From NCBI GenBank assembly GCA_013288815.1, contig JABDBD010000004.1, forward strand, positions 18,404-82,403: DNA of 64,000 nucleotides. The letters are read 5' to 3'. This DNA comes from Gammaproteobacteria bacterium. Lineage in GTDB: Bacteria > Pseudomonadota > Gammaproteobacteria > DSM-16500. Positions 1-10,765 of this stretch are shown piece after piece. The position numbers and the translations under genes were made by a program. The number at the start of each line of letters is the position of its first letter. The first letter of the stretch is position 1. Below the pieces are notes generated by a model. It saw nothing but the letters and a program-made list of their open reading frames with translations, ran no database searches and had not been told where the DNA came from.

Positions 1-2
1 CA

Positions 3-233
3 TCGATAGCTGCCTTGCCAGTGACTGCTATGGTGGCACCAGTCAGTGTGCCTATGACATCGGTACTACCCACTGACTCGATTGTAAAATTATCTCCTCT
101 GGATGGTCTTGTGCTTTTTAGTCATCACTCATCCGCTGCTTCACTAGTGCTGGCGTCTGTTAAGTCAAAAGTTATTAAGCCCATTAAGCTCAAAACGGAC
201 AGTGCTGCTAAGAAGGTGTTGGTGTTTTCATAA
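3..233 (+). CDS. possible 3' end of a hypothetical protein running in from the left edge
   Basis: Frame is open from base 3 to TAA at 231-233; low-complexity S/V/P/K-rich, no recognisable motif. Confidence 0.25.
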   Translation, partial: SIAALPVTAMVAPVSVPMTSVLPTDSIVKLSPLDGLVLFSHHSSAASLVLASVKSKVIKPIKLKTDSAAKKVLVFS

Positions 234-234
234 A

Positions 235-260
235 TAGTATATACTTTTTAATATAGACTA
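235..260. promoter_or_regulatory. probable vapBC autoregulatory operator (imperfect inverted repeat)
   Basis: TAGTATATA (235-243) and TATAGACTA (252-260) are 8/9 complementary and lie just upstream of vapB. Confidence 0.5.
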
Positions 261-274
261 CTGGGGGCTCTATT

Positions 275-508
275 ATGAAAATAGCTAAATTGTTTCAAAA
301 TGGCCAGAGCCAAGCTGTTCGTTTACCAAAAGAATTTCGATTTGAAGGCGAAGAGGTTTTTATTAAAAAAATGGGTGAAGTGACTATCCTCATTCCTGTT
401 AAAAATCCGTGGGGATCACTACGAAATAGCATTAATAAATTTTCTGATGACTTTATGGATTCTAGAGCACAACCGAAACAACAAGAACGGGAAGATATTT
501 TTTTATGA
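275..508 (+). CDS. vapB: VapB antitoxin (AbrB/MazE/SpoVT fold)
   Basis: N-terminal AKLFQNGQSQAVRLPKEFRF signature, 77 aa, ATGA overlap with a vapC start. Confidence 0.92.
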   Translation: MKIAKLFQNGQSQAVRLPKEFRFEGEEVFIKKMGEVTILIPVKNPWGSLRNSINKFSDDFMDSRAQPKQQEREDIFL

Positions 509-741
509 AATACATGCTAGTACCGTTTCCATTTAATTTTGACCGGTTGCATCTCATCTTGCATTTATCTTTGAGCGATTAGTCTTTCAAAAAATGCTCG
601 AGTTAGCGGAGCTAGCCCTCCGCTTTTTTGAAAGACTAATCGCTCAAATCTAAACGCAATCTGAGCGCAACCGGTCAAAATTAAATGGAAACGGTACTAG
701 ATACAAACATGTGTATTTATATTATCAAGAAGCATCCTGAA
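505..741 (+). pseudogene. vapC: vapC toxin remnant, interrupted by a 180 bp palindromic insertion and truncated
   Basis: Removing 521-700 restores MKYMLDTNMCIYIIKKHPE, a typical PIN-domain VapC N-terminus; the insertion carries an in-frame TAG and the rest of the gene is replaced by the convergent GT gene. Confidence 0.88.
517..700. mobile_element. palindromic MITE/RPE-like hairpin element, copy A
   Basis: CTAG at 517-520 and 697-700; perfect terminal arms GTACCGTTTCCATTTAATTTTGACCGGTTGC / GCAACCGGTCAAAATTAAATGGAAACGGTAC; perfect inner stem; the empty site can be reconstructed in vapC. Confidence 0.88.
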
Positions 742-1918
742 GACGCAGATGCTCATATTGTTGAATAATCGCATCAACAATCTCTTGATTAGACATGAAC
801 GTTTTTAATTTCTCGTAACCATTATTTCCTAAATTCGCAGCCATTTGTTTATCGACCGCTAATAATAAAATTTTCTCAGCAAGATCATATTGTTTGAAGG
901 GATTAAATAAAAGCCCTGTTTTTTTATCATCTATCAACCAAGCAGTAGGGCCGCGATCAGATCCAATGATTGCGCGTGCATTTGCCATGGCTTCTGTCAT
1001 GACTAATCCAAAGGCTTCCAATCCTATGCTGGGAAAGATAAGGGCGATACATTCTTGAAATAACTCTTGCGGATTTACCCAGCCACAAAAAAAGATGTTG
1101 TTCTCTAATTTTAATTGCTGGACCTTTTGTTCTAGTGATTTTTTTAAAGAACCTTTACCCGCTATTTTCAATATTAAATTTTGATTGTGTTGACACGCTA
1201 ATGCAAACTCATCAATTAATATATCAATGCCTTTATGCTTTTCGAGTTGACCGATATACATAAAACAATTCATTTTTTTATTGTTTCTATCAATGGTGCT
1301 ATTTTCTGGATGGAAAGGCGGTATATAAATGGCATTTTTAAAATTATTTTTTTCTAAATAGGTTACAAGTAATGGCGAGGGCGCCATAAATTTTTTAACG
1401 GTTTTTTTTAAAAGTGTTTTACGTTTATAAAAAGCAAATAAATGTGCGAGATACAATAAAAAATTTTTTCCTCTTTGATGTTCTCGCCAGCAAAGCGCAT
1501 TTAATCCCGTCGGGCAAACTTGTAAGGTATTGTGGACATTCCATCCTGTTGGACAGATAGAAGTATAGTCATGCACGGTTTGAATGACAGGATAAGGCAT
1601 GACTGCTTTTAATAAAGAAACAGTGTAGGTTCTGACGTTATGTAAATGGATGATGTCTGGCGAAAAGTTTTCGATGACTTGCTTTAATTCTTGATATTTT
1701 GCAGGGCTGAAAAACATTCGCCACCATTGACGTATGGGTAATGATGAAGAACTTTTTACTATTTCAAAATCAGGGCCGCTCTCAGCTTTTTCTCCAAAGC
1801 CTAAGCTAAAAACGGTGAGACCCGCTTGTTTTTTTAGTGCATTTTTTAAGGTAAAAAAATGCTTTTCTGCGCCTCCGGCAGATTCGGAATGAGTGTCTGT
1901 GATTAATAATATTTTCAT
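725..1918 (-). CDS. glycosyltransferase family 4
   Basis: MKILLIT...GGAEK N-terminus, GQLEKHKG, EAFGLVMTEAMA; ATG at 1918 preferred over the ORF-track start at 1945. Confidence 0.88.
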   Translation of the reverse strand: MKILLITDTHSESAGGAEKHFFTLKNALKKQAGLTVFSLGFGEKAESGPDFEIVKSSSSLPIRQWWRMFFSPAKYQELKQVIENFSPDIIHLHNVRTYTVSLLKAVMPYPVIQTVHDYTSICPTGWNVHNTLQVCPTGLNALCWREHQRGKNFLLYLAHLFAFYKRKTLLKKTVKKFMAPSPLLVTYLEKNNFKNAIYIPPFHPENSTIDRNNKKMNCFMYIGQLEKHKGIDILIDEFALACQHNQNLILKIAGKGSLKKSLEQKVQQLKLENNIFFCGWVNPQELFQECIALIFPSIGLEAFGLVMTEAMANARAIIGSDRGPTAWLIDDKKTGLLFNPFKQYDLAEKILLLAVDKQMAANLGNNGYEKLKTFMSNQEIVDAIIQQYEHLRLQDAS

Positions 1919-2036
1919 AGAGCCTATAAAATAACACATTGACATGGAATTACTTTAGGCTAAAGTATAACCCTTCAAAAAAAACAATCGTAATCTGCTG
2001 TTTTCGTGTACTTATTAATCAGTTGTAGGGAATATT

Positions 2037-2651
2037 ATGCGCAATTATATTCAAGATGAAATACAGAAAACGCTTACTGTGTTGTCACGTATTGAGCAAG
2101 ATGAAGCAATATTGACTGCAGCTGAAGACATTGCGAGACAGTGTATTACGGCATTACGACATGGCAACAAAATTTTATTTGCTGGTAATGGCGGTAGTGC
2201 GGCAGATGCTCAGCATTTAGCTGCAGAGCTAGTGAGCCGGTTATGTTACGATCGTCCAGCTTTGTCTGCGATTGCGTTAACAACGGATACGTCAGCGTTA
2301 ACGGCTATCGGTAATGATTATGCGTTTGAATATTTATTTGCTAGACAAGTCGAAGCATTAGGCCAAAAAGGCGATGTGCTGATTGGTATTTCAACATCTG
2401 GGAAATCAATGAATATTCTGCGAGCTTTTGAAGTTGCGCATGCTAAAGGCTTAATAACGGTTGGTTTTACACGAGATCATGCACCGTTAATGAGTGAGCG
2501 TTGTGATCTGACGTTGAATATTCCTGCGCGAGAAACTCCCAAAATACAAGAGTGTCATATTCTGTTTGGCCACATTATTTGTTCTTTGATCGAAGAAGAA
2601 ATATTTGGTGCTGAATACAATCCTAAGCGCCAAAAAGCCGCTGTTTTCTAA
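2037..2651 (+). CDS. gmhA: sedoheptulose-7-phosphate isomerase
   Basis: GNGGSAADAQHLAAEL, TAIGNDY, FARQVEALG, GISTSGKS, IQECHI. Confidence 0.93.
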   Translation: MRNYIQDEIQKTLTVLSRIEQDEAILTAAEDIARQCITALRHGNKILFAGNGGSAADAQHLAAELVSRLCYDRPALSAIALTTDTSALTAIGNDYAFEYLFARQVEALGQKGDVLIGISTSGKSMNILRAFEVAHAKGLITVGFTRDHAPLMSERCDLTLNIPARETPKIQECHILFGHIICSLIEEEIFGAEYNPKRQKAAVF

Positions 2652-3343
2652 TGCAGGCGATTATTTTAGCGGGAGGGTTTGGTACCCGATTGCGCTCGGT
2701 TATCGGCAATATTCCTAAGCCTATGGCGCCTATTCAGGGCAAACCTTTTTTAGCCTACCTGCTGGACTATCTTCAATCTCAAGGCATCACAGAAGTCGTG
2801 TTGTCTGTGCATTATCTATATGAACAAATACAAACTTACTTCAGTAACGCTTATCGAGGTATTGCGATCCATTACGCAATTGAGGATCAGCCTTTAGGCA
2901 CGGGTGGGGCAATTGTTCATGCGCTAGAGTCTATAAAAACTTTGCACCCTGTTTTTGTGTTAAATGGGGATACTTTTCTGCAGCTTGATTATCGCAATAT
3001 GTGGGATTTACACACAAAAAACTCGCCAGTATTGACGATGGCGTTGCGCAGTGTGCCTGACTGTTATCGGTATGGTGCAGTGCAAGTTGAGGGTAATACT
3101 GTCAACTCATTTAGTGAGAAAGGTGTTGTGCAGGCTGGTTTGATTAATGCTGGGGTCTATTTAATTGAGCCAACGTTATTCCACAATCTTCCTATCAACA
3201 AACAATTTTCATTTGAAAATGAATTCTTATTCCCCTTCGTTAAGCAGCTTAAACCCCAAGCATTTTTAGTCGATAATTACTTTATCGACATTGGGATCCC
3301 TGAGGATTATGCTAACGCTTTGAATCTGTTTCCTATTTTATAA
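2651..3343 (+). CDS. hddC: D-glycero-alpha-D-manno-heptose-1-phosphate guanylyltransferase-like nucleotidyltransferase
   Basis: LAGGFGTRLRS...PKPMAP, PLGTGGA, NGDT, FIDIGIPEDY; coupled to gmhA. Confidence 0.8.
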   Translation: MQAIILAGGFGTRLRSVIGNIPKPMAPIQGKPFLAYLLDYLQSQGITEVVLSVHYLYEQIQTYFSNAYRGIAIHYAIEDQPLGTGGAIVHALESIKTLHPVFVLNGDTFLQLDYRNMWDLHTKNSPVLTMALRSVPDCYRYGAVQVEGNTVNSFSEKGVVQAGLINAGVYLIEPTLFHNLPINKQFSFENEFLFPFVKQLKPQAFLVDNYFIDIGIPEDYANALNLFPIL

Positions 3344-3452
3344 CTATTTCGTAATTTTTTTTTAAAAACATTCCTACGGTAACCTGTTATTTTTTGGAAA
3401 AAAATAGTATGATTTCACGTTTGTTCGCCTGAAACTATAAAAAGGACCGTTT

Positions 3453-4613
3453 ATGCAGAAAGAATTTCTTTTTACTTCTGAATCCGTCTCAGAAGGACAC
3501 CCAGATAAAATTGCAGATCAAATTTCCGATGCGATTTTGGATGCAATGTTACAGCAAGATCCACGCTCTCGTGTAGCCTGTGAAACATTTGTTAAAACAG
3601 GAATGGTTTTAGTGGGAGGCGAAGTGACCACCAGCGCTTGGGTTGATATCGAGCAAATCACGCGTAATGTGGTGCGTGATATTGGTTACAATAGCTCCGA
3701 AATGGGATTTGATTGGGAATCCTGTGCAATTATGTCTGCGATTGGCAAACAATCTCCCGATATCGCGCAAGGTGTAGATCGCACCAAATTGGAAGAACAA
3801 GGCGCTGGCGATCAAGGGTTAATGTTTGGTTATGCAACGAATGAAACGGTAGGATTAATGCCTGCACCGATTTATTACGCTCACGAACTGGTGAAGCGTC
3901 AAGCAAAATTACGCAAAGATGGGACCTTAAATTGGTTGCGTCCGGATGCAAAAAGCCAAATTACTTTCCGTTATGTTGATGATAAGCCAGTGGGTGTTCA
4001 AACAGTTGTGTTGTCAACTCAACATCATCCTGACATTAGCCATTCTGATTTAACGAATGCAGTTATCGACGAAATTATCAAACCAACGATTCCTGCGGAA
4101 TGGTTAGATAAAAATACGCAATACTTAGTGAATCCAACAGGACGTTTTGTGATTGGTGGTCCACTCGGAGATTGCGGATTAACCGGCAGAAAAATTATTG
4201 TTGATACCTACGGCGGTATGGCAAGACACGGCGGTGGTTGTTTTTCTGGGAAAGATCCTTCTAAAGTTGATCGCTCTGCAGCTTATGCGTGTCGCTACGT
4301 TGCTAAAAATATTGTTGCCTCGGGTATCGCAGATCGTTGTGAAATTCAAATTTCTTATGCAATCGGTGTTGCAGAACCAACATCAATTCACGTTGAAACA
4401 TTTGGCACAGGAAAAATTTCGAATCAAGAAATTATTAAATTAATTAGAGAAAATTTTGATTTACGCCCATACGGAATTATCAAAATGTTAGATCTGATGA
4501 AGCCAATGTACAGACCCACAGCAAGTTACGGACATTTTGGTCGAGATGATTTGAATGTGAGCTGGGAAAAAACGGATAAAGTCGATACCTTACGTAAAGC
4601 AGCCAATTTTTAA
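3453..4613 (+). CDS. metK: S-adenosylmethionine synthetase
   Basis: [35 protein letters not shown]. Confidence 0.98.
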   Translation: MQKEFLFTSESVSEGHPDKIADQISDAILDAMLQQDPRSRVACETFVKTGMVLVGGEVTTSAWVDIEQITRNVVRDIGYNSSEMGFDWESCAIMSAIGKQSPDIAQGVDRTKLEEQGAGDQGLMFGYATNETVGLMPAPIYYAHELVKRQAKLRKDGTLNWLRPDAKSQITFRYVDDKPVGVQTVVLSTQHHPDISHSDLTNAVIDEIIKPTIPAEWLDKNTQYLVNPTGRFVIGGPLGDCGLTGRKIIVDTYGGMARHGGGCFSGKDPSKVDRSAAYACRYVAKNIVASGIADRCEIQISYAIGVAEPTSIHVETFGTGKISNQEIIKLIRENFDLRPYGIIKMLDLMKPMYRPTASYGHFGRDDLNVSWEKTDKVDTLRKAANF

Positions 4614-4626
4614 CGGAGCAGGTTAT

Positions 4627-5940
4627 ATGCAAGCACAAACCATTTCAAAAGTAACAACAGATTTTAAAGTCGCTGATATTGATCTTGCTGATTGGGGTCG
4701 AAAAGAAATTCGAATTGCTGAAACCGAAATGCCAGGATTAATGGCGCTGCGTGAAATGCATAAAGGTAAAAAACCTTTGAAAGGCGCCAGAATAGTTGGT
4801 TGCTTGCATATGACCGTACAAACAGCTGTGCTGATTGAAACCTTGATAGATTTAGGCGCTGAAGTGCGTTGGTCTTCTTGCAATATTTTTTCTACCCAAG
4901 ATCATGCGGCAGCAGCGATTGCAAAAGCAGGCATTCCAGTATTTGCATGGAAAGGTGAAACAGAAGAAGAGTATTGGTGGTGTGTAGAGCAAACTATTAC
5001 AGGCCCTAATGGATGGAAACCTAATTTGATTTTGGATGATGGCGGTGATTTAACATTAATGATCCATCAGAAATATCCTCAGCTTCTTGCTCATATCAAA
5101 GGTGTGTCTGAAGAAACAACGACAGGTGTGCATCGTCTTTATGAAATGCATAAAACAGGCGAATTAAAAGTTGCTGCAATCAATGTTAACGATTGCGTGA
5201 CAAAATCCAAGTTTGATAATTTGTATGGCTGTCGTGAATCGTTAGTAGATGGCATTAAGCGTGCGACAGATGTCATGATTGCTGGAAAAATTGCTGTGAT
5301 TTGCGGTTATGGCGATGTGGGTAAAGGCTGCGCACAATCATTAAGAGGATTGGGTGCGACAGTGTGGGTCACTGAAATCGATCCTATTTGTGCATTACAA
5401 GCGGCAATGGAAGGTTACCGTGTTGTCACGATGGATCACGCGGCATCTCTCGGTAATATTTTTGTAACCGCAACGGGTAATGCGAATGTCATTACTCATG
5501 AACATATGAAAAAAATGCAAGACCAAACGATAGTTTGTAATATCGGTCACTTTGATTCTGAAATTGATATTGCTTCATTGCGTCAATATCAATGGGAAAA
5601 TATCAAACCGCAAGTGGATCATGTGATTTTCCCTGATGGAAAACGTTTGATTGTGTTGGCGGAAGGACGTCTGGTGAATTTAGGTTGTGCGACGGGTCAT
5701 CCAAGTTTTGTGATGTCAACATCATTTACCAATCAAGTATTGGCTCAGCTAGAATTATGGCAGCATGCAGAAAAATATTCTATTGGCGTGCATATTTTAC
5801 CGAAAAAACTCGATGAAATGGTTGCGCGATTACATTTAAAAAAATTGGGTGTGCAATTAACTGAATTAACAGAGGAACAAGCTCACTACTTAAATGTTTC
5901 TGTTAATGGTCCTTATAAACCTGATCATTATCGATATTAA
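4627..5940 (+). CDS. ahcY: adenosylhomocysteinase
   Basis: [50 protein letters not shown]. Confidence 0.98.
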   Translation: MQAQTISKVTTDFKVADIDLADWGRKEIRIAETEMPGLMALREMHKGKKPLKGARIVGCLHMTVQTAVLIETLIDLGAEVRWSSCNIFSTQDHAAAAIAKAGIPVFAWKGETEEEYWWCVEQTITGPNGWKPNLILDDGGDLTLMIHQKYPQLLAHIKGVSEETTTGVHRLYEMHKTGELKVAAINVNDCVTKSKFDNLYGCRESLVDGIKRATDVMIAGKIAVICGYGDVGKGCAQSLRGLGATVWVTEIDPICALQAAMEGYRVVTMDHAASLGNIFVTATGNANVITHEHMKKMQDQTIVCNIGHFDSEIDIASLRQYQWENIKPQVDHVIFPDGKRLIVLAEGRLVNLGCATGHPSFVMSTSFTNQVLAQLELWQHAEKYSIGVHILPKKLDEMVARLHLKKLGVQLTELTEEQAHYLNVSVNGPYKPDHYRY

Positions 5941-5964
5941 TTTACCAACAGGAAGTTAGTAACT

Positions 5965-6972
5965 ATGAAACAATACCAAGTATATGGCATAGGAAATGCT
6001 TTAGTTGATATCGATTTTGAAGTGAGCTCGTGCACTCTTGAACGGTTAAACATTGAAAAAGGTGTTATGACACTGATTGATGAGGCAACACATCATCAAT
6101 TGCTGGAAGAATTGGAAGGGATTAAGCATTTAAAAGCGTGTGGCGGCTCAGCTGCTAACACACTTTTTACGACCCAACAGTTAGGTGCAAAAACATTTTA
6201 TTCATGTAAAGTCGGAAATGATAAGTCCGGTGATTTTTTCTATCGAGAGTTGGTTTCGAATGGTATTCAAACCAATTTGAAAGAAGACGAGCGAGAAGGC
6301 GTCACTGGAAAATGCATTGTATTAGTCACACCTGATGCAGATCGTACGATGAATACATTTTTAGGTGCAACTTCAAAATTTTCAAAAAACGAACTGTCTA
6401 TCGATGCGTTACAAAATTCAGAATATCTTTATATAGAAGGCTACTTAGTGGCCTCACCAACAGGTTGTGAAGCGGCTATTTTAGCGTGCCAGTCTGCAGA
6501 AGCTGCTCAAGTCAAGGTTGCCTTGAGCTTGTCTGATCCGAATATGGTGACATATTTCAAAGATGGATTGTGTAACATCATTGGTGAACAAGTTGATCTC
6601 TTGTTTTGTAATGAGCGTGAAGCATTAATTTTTACAAATTCTCAAACGTTAAGTGATGCGAAAGACGAACTAAAAAAATATGCTAAAACATTTGCTATTA
6701 CCCGTGGAGGTGATGGTTCTGTTATTTATGATGGTCACCAATTCCATGAGGTTCCTGCGTATCCGGCGAATGTTGTCGATACAGTTGGAGCGGGCGATGT
6801 GTTTGCAGGCGCTTTTTTGTTTGGCATTACAAAAGGTTTTAGTTACTTAGAATCAGCCGATTTAGCGAGTTTTGCAGCTGCAAAAGTCGTTGCAAAATTC
6901 GGACCACGGTTGAATCAACAGGAGATTGCTGATGTTCAACAGGCTGTTTTGAAGGAAGTTGTTTTTGCTTAA
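5965..6972 (+). CDS. PfkB-family adenosine/nucleoside kinase
   Basis: GIGNALVD, GGSAAN, DRTMNTFLGA, DTVGAGD; directly follows ahcY. Confidence 0.85.
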   Translation: MKQYQVYGIGNALVDIDFEVSSCTLERLNIEKGVMTLIDEATHHQLLEELEGIKHLKACGGSAANTLFTTQQLGAKTFYSCKVGNDKSGDFFYRELVSNGIQTNLKEDEREGVTGKCIVLVTPDADRTMNTFLGATSKFSKNELSIDALQNSEYLYIEGYLVASPTGCEAAILACQSAEAAQVKVALSLSDPNMVTYFKDGLCNIIGEQVDLLFCNEREALIFTNSQTLSDAKDELKKYAKTFAITRGGDGSVIYDGHQFHEVPAYPANVVDTVGAGDVFAGAFLFGITKGFSYLESADLASFAAAKVVAKFGPRLNQQEIADVQQAVLKEVVFA

Positions 6973-7072
6973 TCAACGAAATCTACCCATACCCACTTTT
7001 AAAAAGAGTGTTGTTGCGTAAATCAGTTTTTTCCTTTTCATAAAGAAGGGATTTGAACATAGATAAAAAATT

Positions 7073-10000
7073 ATGACCCCAGTTTCTAGCAAAGAGATAT
7101 TAGAAAACGCACTGAAACAACGTATCCTACTGCTAGACGGCGGTATGGGTACAATGATTCAATCCTATCATTTGCAAGAACATGAGTATCGTGGTGAGCG
7201 CTTTAAAAATTTTCCAGTTGATTTAAAAGGGAATAATGATCTTTTATCGTTAACCCAGCCGCAGATTGTTTATGAAATTCACGCAGGTTATCTGGCTGCG
7301 GGTGCCGATTTGATTGAAACAAATACCTTTAATTCAACTGCCATTTCATTATCAGATTATCAAATGGCAGATCTTGCTTATGAGTTTAATTTTCAGGGGG
7401 CACGCTTAGCGCGGAAAGCTGCAGATGCTATGACACTGCAAACACCTGAAAAACCGAGATTTGTTGTAGGAATATTGGGTCCAACCAGTCGGACAGCATC
7501 GCTTTCACCAGATGTGAACGATCCTGGATTTCGAAATGTTCATTTTGATGAGTTAGTTGTAGCGTATACAGAGTCTATTCGCGGCCTAATTGATGGTTGT
7601 GTTGATATCTTGATGATAGAAACCATTTTCGATACGTTAAATTGCAAAGCTGCTATTTTTGCAGTTGAAAAGTATTTTGCAGATCATCAAATCAAATTGC
7701 CATTAATGATTTCAGGAACGATAACAGATGCCAGTGGCAGAACGTTATCAGGTCAAACCACACAAGCTTTTTGGCATTCTGTTCGTCATGCTAATCCATT
7801 TAGTATTGGTTTGAATTGTGCATTAGGTGCTGCAGCTTTGCGTCCATACATTCAAGAGTTATCGACTATTGCAGATACTTATATTAGTTTACATGCGAAC
7901 GCAGGGTTGCCCAATGCGTTTGGTGAGTACGATGAGTCACCTCAAGAAACGGCAGCGATTATTCGAGAATTTGCTGAGTCTGGCTTTATTAACATTGTAG
8001 GAGGTTGTTGTGGCACAACGCCACTTCATATTCGTGCTTTAGCTGAAACCGTTCAAACAATCAAACCACGCTCTATCTCCATCATCCCCAAAGCTTGTCG
8101 TCTCAGTGGTCTTGAGCCACTGACAATTTCTTCTGACTCTCTTTTTGTGAATGTAGGTGAGCGAACTAATGTGACTGGATCATTGCGTTTTGCAGAATTG
8201 ATTCGAAATAATGAATATACAACAGCACTAGAAGTAGCGCGTGATCAAGTCATTAATGGTGCGCAAATCATCGATGTCAACATGGATGAAGGCATGTTGG
8301 ATGCTGAGGCTGCCATGGTGAAATTTTTAAATTTAATCGCAGCAGAGCCTGATATTGCGCGTGTACCTGTGATGATAGACTCATCCAAATGGTCAGTGAT
8401 TGAAGCAGGATTAAAGTGCATCCAAGGAAAAGGCGTTATTAATTCCATTAGTTTGAAAGATGGAGAAGAAGCTTTTTTTGAAAAGGCTATACTTGCTAAA
8501 CGTTATGGCGCAGCAATTGTTGTGATGGCTTTCGATGAGCAAGGTCAAGCAGATACAGAAGAACGCAAAGTTGCAATTTGTCAGCGTTGTTATGATTTAT
8601 TAGTGAATAAAGTTCAATTTCCACCGGAAGATATTATTTTTGATCCCAATATTTTTGCGGTTGCGACGGGGATAGAAGAGCACAATAATTACGGCGTGGA
8701 TTTCATTCAAGCAACAAAGCGAATCAAAGAAACATTACCATTTGCATTGGTGAGCGGTGGTGTCAGTAACGTTTCATTTGCTTTTCGAGGCAATAACCCA
8801 ATACGCGAAGCGATTCATGCTGTATTTTTGTATCATGCAATACGCGCAGGAATGAGTATGGGGATTGTTAATGCAAATAGTTTGGCGATTTATGAAGATA
8901 TTCCAAAAGATTTGTTGGTGTTAGTTGAGGATGTTATTTTAAATCGATCGGCTACGGCTACCGATAAATTATTAGAAGTGGCCAATTCTGTCAAAGGACA
9001 AACAAAAGCAAAGACAGAAGATTTAAGCTGGCGTGAAAAACCGATTACAGAGCGTTTATCCTACTCATTAATTAAAGGGATCAACACCTATATTACAGAA
9101 GATACCGAAGAAGCCCGGATCGCATTAGGCAGTCCTTTGAAAGTGATAGAAGAACCGTTGATGGATGGCATGAATGTTGTTGGGGATTTATTTGGTGCAG
9201 GGAAAATGTTTTTGCCACAGGTTGTTAAAAGTGCGCGCGTCATGAAGCAAGCAGTTGCTTATCTGGTTCCGTTTTTAGAAGCAGAAAAAAAAGGTGTACA
9301 GCAACACAAAGGAAAACTGTTATTAGCTACGGTAAAAGGTGACGTACATGATATTGGAAAAAATATTGTTGGCGTCGTTTTACGTTGCAATAATTATGAT
9401 GTGATTGATTTGGGCGTGATGGTTTCTTGCGAAAAAATACTTGATATTGCTAAGAATGAGAATGTAGACATGATAGGCCTGAGTGGGTTAATCACGCCTT
9501 CATTGGAAGAGATGATTCATGTCGCGAAAGAGATGCAACGTCAACAATTTACGGTCCCATTGTTAATTGGTGGCGCAACGACTTCGCGTGCACACACAGC
9601 CATTAAAATTGAAGAGCATTATGCGCATGGAGTGGTTCATGTGGTTGATGCATCTAGAGCAGTGGGTGTGGCAAGTCAGTTATTAAGTGATGTTAACAAA
9701 GACAATTTTATTCAGCAAACTCGAGAAGAATATCAAACCTTACGTCAGCGTCATCAAAATAAAAAAAATGAAAATGAATTGATTTCATTGAGTGAAGCGC
9801 GTGAAAACAAATTAAAGGTCGATTGGCATAGTTATTCTCCTAAAAAGCCTGAATTTTTGGGTACGAAAGCATTTTCAGATTACTCAGTAGAGCAGCTAAT
9901 CGAATATATAGATTGGGCGCCTTTTTTTCAAGTGTGGGAATTGGCGGGTCGGTATCCAGCAATTTTACATGACGATGTTGTTGGCGAGACTGCGCGCACA

Positions 10001-10753
10001 TTATTTGCAGATGCGAAAGTGATGTTAGATAAGTTAGTCACAGAAAAATGGTTGACAGCTTCTGGTGTTATCGGATTCTTTCCAGCGAATAGTGTCGATG
10101 ATGATATTGAAATTTATACGGATGAAAATCGTGACCAGCTATTAATGACTTTTCGTATGTTGCGTCAACAAACACGAAAGTCATCAGGGAAACCGAATGC
10201 ATGCTTAGCTGACTTTGTTGCGCCAAAATCAACAGGAATTGCAGATTATTTAGGTGGTTTTGCTGTTACATCAGGATTGGGCTTAGAAAAATATATTTCT
10301 GACTTTGAGAAAAATCATGATGAATATAATAGTATTTTATTAAAAGCTCTCGCAGACCGTTTAGCAGAAGCATTTGCTGAGCATATGCATTTTCGTGTTC
10401 GTAAAGAATTTTGGGGCTATCATCCCGCTGAAAGCTTAACGAATGAAGAGTTAATCGCTGAAAAATATTTGGGTATTCGTCCGGCGCCTGGTTACCCAGC
10501 ATGTCCTGATCATACGGAAAAACCTTTTTTATTTCATTTGCTCAATGTTCAGCAGAATGCAAATATGTCGCTCACTGAAAATTTTGCTATGTTACCAGCG
10601 TCTTCTGTGAGTGGGTTTTATTTTTCTCATCCGCAGTCACATTATTTTGGTGTGGGGAAAATTCATCAAGATCAAGTTGTTGATTATGCAAAACGCAAAC
10701 AAATGGATCTGACTCTTGTTAAACGATGGCTTGCGCCACATCTTACGGATTAA
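7073..10753 (+). CDS. metH: cobalamin-dependent methionine synthase
   Basis: [34 protein letters not shown]12 motif, [12 protein letters not shown]; 1226 aa. Confidence 0.98.
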   Translation: MTPVSSKEILENALKQRILLLDGGMGTMIQSYHLQEHEYRGERFKNFPVDLKGNNDLLSLTQPQIVYEIHAGYLAAGADLIETNTFNSTAISLSDYQMADLAYEFNFQGARLARKAADAMTLQTPEKPRFVVGILGPTSRTASLSPDVNDPGFRNVHFDELVVAYTESIRGLIDGCVDILMIETIFDTLNCKAAIFAVEKYFADHQIKLPLMISGTITDASGRTLSGQTTQAFWHSVRHANPFSIGLNCALGAAALRPYIQELSTIADTYISLHANAGLPNAFGEYDESPQETAAIIREFAESGFINIVGGCCGTTPLHIRALAETVQTIKPRSISIIPKACRLSGLEPLTISSDSLFVNVGERTNVTGSLRFAELIRNNEYTTALEVARDQVINGAQIIDVNMDEGMLDAEAAMVKFLNLIAAEPDIARVPVMIDSSKWSVIEAGLKCIQGKGVINSISLKDGEEAFFEKAILAKRYGAAIVVMAFDEQGQADTEERKVAICQRCYDLLVNKVQFPPEDIIFDPNIFAVATGIEEHNNYGVDFIQATKRIKETLPFALVSGGVSNVSFAFRGNNPIREAIHAVFLYHAIRAGMSMGIVNANSLAIYEDIPKDLLVLVEDVILNRSATATDKLLEVANSVKGQTKAKTEDLSWREKPITERLSYSLIKGINTYITEDTEEARIALGSPLKVIEEPLMDGMNVVGDLFGAGKMFLPQVVKSARVMKQAVAYLVPFLEAEKKGVQQHKGKLLLATVKGDVHDIGKNIVGVVLRCNNYDVIDLGVMVSCEKILDIAKNENVDMIGLSGLITPSLEEMIHVAKEMQRQQFTVPLLIGGATTSRAHTAIKIEEHYAHGVVHVVDASRAVGVASQLLSDVNKDNFIQQTREEYQTLRQRHQNKKNENELISLSEARENKLKVDWHSYSPKKPEFLGTKAFSDYSVEQLIEYIDWAPFFQVWELAGRYPAILHDDVVGETARTLFADAKVMLDKLVTEKWLTASGVIGFFPANSVDDDIEIYTDENRDQLLMTFRMLRQQTRKSSGKPNACLADFVAPKSTGIADYLGGFAVTSGLGLEKYISDFEKNHDEYNSILLKALADRLAEAFAEHMHFRVRKEFWGYHPAESLTNEELIAEKYLGIRPAPGYPACPDHTEKPFLFHLLNVQQNANMSLTENFAMLPASSVSGFYFSHPQSHYFGVGKIHQDQVVDYAKRKQMDLTLVKRWLAPHLTD

Positions 10754-10765
10754 AGGAATGTTGAG

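Noticed and set aside
517-700. integron attC site
   Set aside because: No RYYYAAC/GTTRRRY core ends, direct repeats flank the element, it lies inside a gene, and no integrase is in the window
517-700. in-frame peptide insertion giving a functional VapC, as for coding RPEs
   Set aside because: The 180 bp insertion preserves frame but contains an in-frame TAG
2190-2197. ops/JUMPStart-like GGCGGTAG
   Set aside because: Inside the gmhA coding sequence (Gly-Gly-Ser), not in a leader
3344-3452. SAM or SAH riboswitch upstream of metK
   Set aside because: Short AT-rich spacer; I could not find SAM-I/II/V or SAH consensus elements
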